NCBI GenBank assembly: GCA_964016885.1
Contig: OZ024743.1
Coordinates: 277,388,001-277,452,000, forward strand
Direction: 5' to 3'
From: Eledone cirrhosa
Lineage: Eukaryota
Length of the DNA: 64,000 bases
In this document: piece after piece, positions 54,968-64,000 of the stretch
Layout of the letters: each line of letters opens with the position of its first letter
Position numbering within the stretch: the stretch's first letter is position 1
The notes under the pieces: model-generated
What the model saw: the letters and a program-made list of their open reading frames with translations, nothing else
The model's database searches: none
What the model was told of the DNA's origin: nothing
Translations under genes and position numbers: made by a program

Positions 54968-55039
54968 TGAACCCAACGTGATTCACACACGTACCCTTCC
55001 GATCTGGAGTCAGACGCGCTACCAAAGCGCCACTGGGCC
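54968..55039 (-). pseudogene. tRNA-Trp pseudogene (decayed paralog of 48003)
   Basis: Reverse copy with many substitutions. Confidence 0.7.
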
Positions 55040-55306
55040 AGCTGGTACCTCAAGCACTGAATATTGATAAAATATAAACAAGAAAAAATAGTGGACAATA
55101 GAATGAGTTAAACGTTACTTTATTAGTCGTTAGCGTTATCACTTCAATTTTTCTATAAATTCTTGCTTTCGCTGATGAAGGTCTGATTATATAGTTTCTA
55201 AGGTCGATGTATAATTGACTGCACGATATGATAAATGGTGTGGGTCTCACGTTCGAAATGAATGATGAGTTTTCATCTAAATTTAGATGTAAATCTACCT
55301 ATATGC

Positions 55307-55364
<58 letters not shown>

Positions 55365-55904
55365 TCCTGTTTATTTACATACATACAGCTTCCTTTTAAC
55401 TACTGATTCCTTAAATCACTCCAACTGAAAAGAAAAGTTAAGTTTGTTACGGTTGAAGCTTTCTTCATCTCAAATCTATAGAATAACGTCTTCCCTTCTA
55501 ACTTAGCCGCAACAAATTACTGTGTTAATGTTAACGTCTAATATAGTAGCGTTAAACTCGTTCTATTTTTCTGGGGGGTTTTTTCTTTGCTATATTTTAT
55601 CAATATTAATTTCAGAAAGGATCAACACTAAGTTTAGATCTAAGAATATCGACATGCAGATATTGCTCTATAGACATGGAAAGACACCGACTGAAATTAA
55701 AAGAACATATTGTCACGTATAAAGCGTCCTTGATCACGAATCTATATAATCACGCCTTCATCAAGTAAACCACAACAATTTATAGAAAAATTCCAGTAAT
55801 AATGTTAATGTCTATTAAAGTAATGTTAGCCTCGTTCTATTTCTCTCTCCTTTTTTTTTATCCTCTGTATATTTTATCAATATTCAGTTTCTGAAGCGTC
55901 TGCT

Positions 55905-55976
55905 GGCCTTGTGGCGCAACGGCAGCGCGTCTGACTCCAGATCAGAAGGCTGCGTGTTCAAATCACGTCGAGGTCA
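55905..55976 (+). tRNA. trnW-CCA: tRNA-Trp(CCA), intact isodecoder
   Basis: GGCCTTG/CGAGGTC acceptor fully paired; all arms intact. Confidence 0.9.
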
Positions 55977-56694
55977 AACGCTTTACAATGTCTTTCGTTT
56001 TATAGATCTGTGGTCAAACCTGTTTTTTTTTTTTTGTTTTTTTCTTTCAGGAAAAATTGTAAATTGGCAGATAATGCAGACTGACAGCAAAGAACCCCAA
56101 GATATTTCCTTCCTACTCTCAGTCACATGTCGGAAATCAATTTTGAGATTTAATCCAAATTTTAATCTAAATATATCTATATGTATATCCATACCCTCCT
56201 GTCAATCTACTTACATATAGTTTCTCTATAGTTCTGAAAACGCAACCACTGAAGTTAACATATTTTCATTTTTAAAGCGTCCTTGACACAAATCGATAGA
56301 ATCACAACTTCATCGCCAAATTAACCATAACAATTTATAGAAAAATTGAGGTGATAATGCGAACGTCTATAAAAGTAATGTTAAACTCATTCTATTTTTA
56401 TCTTGTGTATATTTTATCAATATTCTTTTACTCAACCAGAAGCTGGCTGTGCGGGGCAACGGTAACGCGTCAGACTCCAGCTCCAAAAGCTGCGTGTTCG
56501 AATCCAACCCCAACAAAAATTGCTGTGATAATGTTAACGTCTAATATAGTAGCGTTAAACTGGTTCTATTTTTTCTTGTGTATTTTTTAACAATAGCGTT
56601 ATTCTGCGAACATATGTAGTGTACGTATTGGTTTTATACGCAAATATATATGCTTATAGATATGATATGTAAATTGAAAAGTAAATTCACAATA

Positions 56695-57125
56695 TCTTCT
56701 TCTTCGCTCACTTATTTCTGAGAAGGTCGTGGGGCAGAGTCCTCCTCAAACACTCCTTCCAACGAGTCTGTCAGAAGCAAACATCTCTAACTGATACAGC
56801 TGGATCCCAAAGCGTGACCAGCCAAGATCATGGATGTTATCCAACTATCTTGCTCGGGGTCTACCTGGTCTTTTGCTGGTTGGTTTTACCGGTAAAATCT
56901 GTCCAGCAATTCTTTCCTGTGACATTCTAACCACATGCCCATAGTATCGGAGCTGTGATCTCTCAATTCGGAGAAGTAGCGGCTGTCACCAGGAGTGACT
57001 CTCTGATCTCTGAGCTATGCTCTTTATCGAGTAACGTTACTCCAAAGATCCTTCTGAGGAATCCCATTTCTACCGTTTGGATTTGCAATTGTATTCTTTC
57101 GATCATTACCAAAGATTCATGACCC
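56695..57125 (-). mobile_element. LINE (RTE-like) 3' fragment
   Basis: IQTVEMGFLRRIFGVTLLDK..SSEIRESL; (GAA)n tail; homolog of 3290-3645. Confidence 0.75.
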
Positions 57126-57184
57126 TCAGTAAGGGTTGGCAGAAATACCAGCAAGACAGCGAGTTTGGCTTTTACACCTACCCC

Positions 57185-57660
57185 CCTTCTTCTGATTACT
57201 GAATGCTGAAGCTGGCAAACATCCCTGGGCCTGGGCAAACATCCCCTCAATTTTGAAACCGTCTGGGTTGTCCAGAATTGATGGGAAAAGACCTGACGGT
57301 CTTACCCTGTGCTCCTGGTCAAGAGGCAGACGCTTTGTCTGGGACATCACAATTAGTGAGTCTTTTGCTTCTTCCCACATCCTGGATGAGCAGTAAGGGC
57401 GAGAGACACAGCGGCCACAGCTGAACAGAACAAAATCCTAAAATACCGTGTTCTGTTGGCTAACGAAATTATCCAGCCCGTGGCGTTCGAGACGTTTGGA
57501 GAAGTCGGGCTATTGAGACCAAGGTTCTTATCTTTACTGGTGGCTCGCCTAAGAGGTAACTGGTGAAGCTCGTGAAGGTGCTTGGTTGTTTCAGTACCTC
57601 AGCCTCGCCTTCACACGAGGTAACGCTGCCAGTGTACTGGCTTGCCTCAAAAATTATTAG
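57185..57660 (+). mobile_element. CRE-like retrotransposon RLE-domain remnant
   Basis: Translates as ...DGKRPDGLTLCSWSRGRRFVWDIT...AEQNKILKYR...PVAFETFG...QYLSLAFTRGNAASV (frameshifted). Confidence 0.7.
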
Positions 57661-57914
57661 AGAGGTTTCCCAGTACTCCCCGCGACATTGTTATCTTTTG
57701 CTCTGGTAATAGCTCGTTTGTCCACCACTTTGGCCTGCCTTTTGTTGTATGTGGTCCTAGATGTATGTATTACCTGCCTGTGTGTTGTATGTGGTTCTAG
57801 ATGTGTGTATTACTTGCTTGTAATGTATGTATATGCACATACGCACACACATACTCATCAGCGTGTTGAAAAACATCATAATCTCTTCATTCCCCCCCCC
57901 CCCTCCCTCCCCCC

Positions 57915-58023
<109 letters not shown>

Positions 58024-58090
58024 GAGCTTAGCGTTGTTTTGAAAATTAGGTTTGTTTACAAACAGCGGAAGTTCTATTTCACTATCTAGT

Positions 58091-58193
<103 letters not shown>

Positions 58194-58258
58194 GTGTGTG
58201 TGTGTGTGTATATGTCTGTCACATAGTCTCTTTGTATCCCTCTCTTTCTTTCTCACTC

Positions 58259-58351
<93 letters not shown>

Positions 58352-58608
58352 TGGTGGTGGTTGTGGCGATATACCGGAAGTATTGAAATTTGAATATTTT
58401 AAAAGAAGTGAATCTTGAAATATGCAATAAAATTATTTATGGTTAATCATTTGTTACGAAATTGAGTAGATAAGTTATGTAATATTCATTCATTATTTAT
58501 TCAAAGTAATCCAACTTATTCTACTAACGGGATTAAAAAATATATTCTGGACGTTGTCCCGCACTCCTCCCTTTATTATAGCTAAGATTCAGTTCCTCTG
58601 TCATTAGT

Positions 58609-58670
58609 GGCCCTGTGGCGCAACAGAAGCTTGTCTGTCATCAGATCAGAAGACGGCGTGAACGGGGTCA
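58609..58670 (+). pseudogene. Terminal tRNA-Trp pseudogene (T arm deleted, TCA in loop)
   Basis: GGCCCTGTGGCGCAAC...TCTGTCATCAGATCAGA...CGGGGTCA. Confidence 0.65.
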
Positions 58671-59446
58671 AACGGTTCACTTTTTCTCTTTTTATATATC
58701 TGTGATTTGGCAGGATACGTAGAATCTCTGAGAAAATACCTGTAGGGTATTTCGTTGCGAAGTTCTGATCTGATCTGAAATTTCATTAAGATTATATTTG
58801 TTCGTTCTTTGATCGATAACACAGGTACCAGTGAGGCACTGAAGTCAATGTGTAATTCACTACATGATATGTTATGTAATCATGATATGATATGATCCCA
58901 TGCTGAATCTCAAAGTCTTGATTTAGATTTAGATCTTAATATCTAGAGAAGTTTTCTATTTGCAATATGCAAATGAGCATCTCCAGCAAACGACCATCAC
59001 TTAAAATTCAATACAGACTAGTCTATTTCATAATACGGGTTGAATGATTGTCACTGATGAAAGATTAAAAAATCTTGAAACAATGTTGTTTGACATTCTC
59101 CAAACATACTGGCAACGCTGCGATATATTCACAGATGAAAATAGAGAAAGACAATTATTTTCGAAAAAATACTTTTCCTCGGCAGCGAGTCTACCCATAT
59201 GTTTTATATGTTTATGTTTTCTTATACACATCTATTATGATTAAACGCTGCCTTAGTAGTGCTACCGCCATTTTATTTATACATATTGAGATAAAATAAA
59301 GATTAACATATTGAGATAAAATCTCACAATATTCCCATATACGCAAATAAGCCCAAAGAAAAAATTACGAGCTCTTTATAGCACAGTAAAGAGAGAACAT
59401 ATATATATATATATATATATATGTTCAAAATGATTTGAATACACAG

Positions 59447-59505
<59 letters not shown>

Positions 59506-59726
59506 TAGAAGGGGTATTTAATTTGTTGGAAGTCCGACAAATATAAATGTTTATAACTGATTTAGAGGACTCAACAGTCTCCTGGAGTAAATATTCAATG
59601 ATATTAAACTTTGTATTTTATCTAGGGAAAGCGGACCAATGTGTTTTGGTACCCTTGAAATATATATAATAAAATAAATATGGTTTTATAAAAATATAGT
59701 TTCCATTTATTTAATATCATTAATAT

Positions 59727-59788
<62 letters not shown>

Positions 59789-60145
59789 ATAATAATAAAT
59801 TTGAAGACTAAAATCCAAAGAGGGCTCGATAAGGATAAATATATATCAAATATATAAGAACCGTAGAGCAAATATTAGTCTACGACTTCTTTTATACCAT
59901 AAACGTGGTTCTGTCTTTGCGTGTAATTGTTTTTCACCGCTCCAAATAATGACGTATTATATTCATTTTTTCCCGTTCTTTGCCAGGGAACGTTTCCACG
60001 AACCAAAGTATCGTCTTCCTGTCTTCCTCCGGTTGCAACGTTTTTTGAAATATCCGCTTCTGCGTTTACAGATTGACTTTTTTAGTTTCAGAAGATCCCT
60101 TTAAGGGTGAAAGCAGCGATTCTTTGCTTAAACTTTAATCTCTTA

Positions 60146-60242
<97 letters not shown>

Positions 60243-60427
60243 ATAATAATAAATTTGAAGACTAAAATCCAAAGAGGGCTCGATAAGGATAAATATATAT
60301 CAAGTATATAAGAACCGTAGAGACCTATATATATGTGTGTTCTTCTCTCTTTACTGTGTTTTATATATTTATATTTATATGTGTCTAAGTATAATCTTTA
60401 CATCTTTTGGGGCAAAAGTAAGGAAAA

Positions 60428-60513
60428 CCACCACCAACACCACTATTACTATTACTACCGCCGCCGCCGTCCCCACTACCAGCTCCACCACCAGCACCCC
60501 TAACATCACCGCA

Positions 60514-60574
<61 letters not shown>

Positions 60575-60575
60575 T
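60428..60575. repeat. (ACT)n/(ACC)n microsatellite
   Basis: Directly visible. Confidence 0.9.
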
Positions 60576-61020
60576 TTTCATTAAATAATCTCTATTACTC
60601 ATGTTATCGTTATTTTGTTTTGTTTTGTTTTTCTACCGAGAAACTTCTACTTCCATCTACACCATGTGCAATACGCCAAACAACTTCCTTCTATCCACTT
60701 AAAAAAAATCAGCAAATCAGCAATAAATGAACAAAGAAAATAGTTAAAGTCCTTCAAAGTAGCAAGTATTACGGAAACAACCTCTTCTCTGACGTCTCGT
60801 AACTGGCTACTTGTTAACCAGTTGCTTTACACAACCAATGTTTTAGAACCTGCCACCAAATGGCATTATATAAGGGTTTCCGGAAGTTAATGAAATATGT
60901 TGTTCTTTCTTTCTTTCTATTTTGTTTATTTATTTATTTGCTTGTTTGTTTCTTTTCTTTTCTTTCTTTTTCTTTCATTCATTCATTCTTTTTCATTCAA
61001 CTATTATTTCATCAAAAGAT

Positions 61021-61408
61021 AAGGCGGTGAATTGGCAGAGTCGTTAGAGCGGTAGTCAAACGCTGAACACTATTTATTCCAAGTCTTTATTTTCTAAGTT
61101 CGAATTCCGCTACGGTTAACTTTGCCATTCATCCTTCCGAGAGCGATACAATAAAGTACCAGTCAAGCACTGGGGTCGAGATTATCGACTTTCCCTTTCT
61201 ACCGAATTGCTAGCCTTGTGACAAAATTAGAAACGATTAATTTATTTAACTATAGGGACGGTGGATTGGCAGATTCGTTTGGATATTTTTTTTTTCTAGT
61301 CTTTACTTTTTGGGTTCAAATCCTGCTGAGCTTAACTCTTTGTTTTACATTTTTCCGACTTTCTATTCTGACCAAATTGCTGGCCTTGTGCCAACATTAG
61401 AAACCATT
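61021..61408 (+). mobile_element. Two older SINE copies in tandem
   Basis: AAGGCGGTGAATTGGCAGAG...; GGGACGGTGGATTGGCAGA.... Confidence 0.7.
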
Positions 61409-61574
61409 AATTCATCTAGCTATTGTTTAGTCATTGTACCAGAAACAGGAACAATAACAGCCGAAGAGGCCTATTTTCTATTAGCATGAAGGAAATAAAG
61501 GAAAATGATATATAATTTCATTATTGTTGCATCTACGTACGAACACTTATAAATTTCCTGCAGTTAGACTAATC

Positions 61575-61730
61575 ATCACCAACAATAACTACAACAACAT
61601 TAAAGACAACTACAATAACAAAAATAAAACTGATAACAAAAACGTTGACAGCAACACCATCAGAAATTACTGTAGTAACAACATCAGCAGTAACAACAAC
61701 AACTACTACTACTAATACTACTACTACTAA

Positions 61731-61787
<57 letters not shown>

Positions 61788-62130
61788 AATAGTAATGCGA
61801 TCATATACAGCAGCATCAATAACCACTAAAATAACAACAGCATCAGCATCAACAACCACTATAACAGCAGCAGCTACAACATCTGCAACAACAACACCAT
61901 CAATAAACATTGCAATACCCACAACTACAAAACAGTACACACAACTTCAACAACAACAACAAAAATCAACATCCATTACCACAGCAGCAATAACAGCATC
62001 AAGAACAACAAAAACACCAAAAACGCCAAAGGCAACAAGAACAATATTACAAAAACACCAATAACAACAGCAACAACAATCACAACACATATAACAACAA
62101 CAACAATAACAACGTTAACAAAACAACAAT
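61575..62130. repeat. (ACT)n/(AAC)n low-complexity tract
   Basis: Directly visible. Confidence 0.9.
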
Positions 62131-62434
62131 GATATGTTAATTCAAACTTTTCGCTTGACGAACTGCTGTAGATATATAATGGAACTACTGTCAGTGAAGC
62201 TGTTGAAGAAAAGTTGTGGCCCTCCCAGCACTGCCATACCTTGCTCTGGAGTCATGACCTCTATTTAGAATCCCTGAAACGACTATCTTTTAGGGGTCAC
62301 CAGGATATCTCGATTTCATCTCTTAATAAATAACGTTGGCGAAGAAATATGGCTTTTTATAATTATATTTGCAAAGGATAATACAGTTTTGTTTCCTTTA
62401 AACTATTGTTGATATGAATATACTTCAGTGTTGA

Positions 62435-62645
62435 TAATGGTTTCTTATATAGGCACAAGGCCAGAAATTTTGGGGGAGGGGAAGTCGATTAAATCAACCC
62501 CAGTGTGTGACTGGTACTTTATTTTATTGACCACGTAAGGATGAAAGGCAAAGTTAACCGCGGCTGGGATTTGAACTCAGAACGTGAAGGTGCGTAACTA
62601 TCCCGCGAAGCATGTTGTCCGACGCCCTACCGATACTGCCAATCC
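62435..62645 (-). mobile_element. SINE
   Basis: Family consensus on the reverse strand. Confidence 0.8.
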
Positions 62646-62739
62646 GATAATGACGGATACTCTGTCGATTTCGACGAGGAGCAGCATTCAGTTGTTCATC
62701 CAATTCGTTAATGATGATAAAAATGATTTCAATCAAATG

Positions 62740-63269
62740 AATGCAAAAGAAATAAGCCTTATTTAGTAATAAAAAATAAAAAAGTGGAAACACAAGGAAA
62801 GAAAGAATAGGGAAATATAGAAAAGAAAAAAAAAAGAGAAAGACAAAAGAAAAAGAACGGGAAAGGGAGGGGATGGCAAGAACTCTGGTGTCACAGAAGA
62901 GAAGGGGGTAAGGGGGAGGGTGATTGGGTTTTGGGTCTAGGGCAAGGGGGCAGGAGTGCTGTGCCCTGCGGACAAGACGGCAAAGAGCATTCCCCCGGCG
63001 ATGGCCAGAGACACCTGCTGCAACAGCCACCAAACCTCGCTGGGCTCCCTCTTCAGACGGACGACCGACGTTCCAATCTTGCGGAGGAGCTCGGCAGTAC
63101 ATGGTCCAAGTACACCTGAGGTCTCGACGGCGACTGGTGCGAAGAGGAAGTGGCCGAACAAATCCCGGTATTTGTTTATTTTACGTTCGTCTGCGAGGCG
63201 GGCTGCGATGCCGGGGTTTGTGGCCGAAGCGACTAAGTTGGAGCGGGAGAGCGTGTCGTAGCAGAACAC
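62740..63269 (-). mobile_element. CRE-like retrotransposon 3' end (RLE domain C-terminus + UTR)
   Basis: DTLSRSN...AARLADERKINKYRDL...FAPVAVETSGVLG...LLQQVSLAI; pyrimidine-rich 3' UTR. Confidence 0.75.
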
Positions 63270-64000
63270 TCAAATATATTTCTAGGATAAAATTACATAA
63301 AGATAATAAAGAATTTAATATTTAGTCAAACATATAGAAAAAGAAAGTGGCATTGCAAACGACTATATATGCTATAAATCAGAGGACAAGGAGAGAAAGG
63401 GTAAGGATTATTAGACAATGGAAGAAAGAAAGGAGGAAGGAGAGAGAGTGGCAGACTCTACACTTAAGTTACAGTGTGAACTAACGAGTATGTGACTGAG
63501 CCAAATCGAATCAGCGCAACGCAATATGTGACAAGGCTAGACATTTGAATTACAGGTATGATTCATCCTGTGGACTTTCATGCAATTTTCAATTACTCAA
63601 GCACTCCAGCTATTTCAAACGTTAAATTAATATATTTCTTCTATGTACAGTGCTTGTTATTTCCATGTACTTGCTTTGTTATTTTTGTTATTTCTGTTTA
63701 CCTTTTACATAATCACAAAGCTTGGTTCGTCCTAACTCTATAGTAAAGACCCTTGCTGAAGATACGACGCACTGGAATCTAACTCGAGGCCTCATTGTTG
63801 TAAAGCAGACATCGTTACCACACAATTATGCCAGTCAAAGATAGTTCACAAGTCTCTATATGTGTTTCATATTACAATCACTGATGTTCACCAACCCATG
63901 CATACATCCTTGAATGATTATGAATGGAAAATTACAGACAACGTATATTTAGAAAACATAAGTCCTTTCGGCTAAATTGCAATATAAATATGATGCAAAG

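Noticed and set aside
55172-55200. CTGATGAAGG as a hammerhead
   Set aside because: No stem II closure or GAAA follows.
61569-62064. Mucin-like Thr-rich ORF
   Set aside because: Degenerate ACT/AAC microsatellite with no supporting gene structure.

Overview
This is an AT-rich, repeat-dense eukaryotic (metazoan) window with no supportable host protein-coding gene. The SINE sequences resemble the abundant octopus tRNA-derived SINEs, so a cephalopod origin is inferred. The dominant structure is a ~40-kb array (about 18.9-58.9 kb) of more than 40 intronless tRNA-Trp(CCA)-derived copies. About 5 are intact, about 5 near-intact, and the rest are pseudogenes, several with drifted anticodons (CGA, CCC, ACA, CTA, TTA, TCA). 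Each copy sits in a ~0.4-0.7 kb unit of conserved 5' flank, tRNA, oligo-T and a decayed SINE, and the array shows multi-kb duplications and inversions. A 5'-truncated Penelope-like retroelement (RT + GIY-YIG, one in-frame TGA) interrupts the array. Reading by eye reveals at least 7 minimal type I hammerhead ribozyme motifs in Penelope-type terminal or fold-back fragments inserted in (TA)n tracts, including a tandem pair with the rare U3-A8 core covariation. Also present are a 1.9-kb CpG-rich 21-bp minisatellite, young SINEs with TSDs, RTE, HERO-like and CRE-like LINE remnants, Helitron-like pieces, MITEs and many microsatellites. All alignments and folds were made by eye, and most repeat boundaries are approximate.
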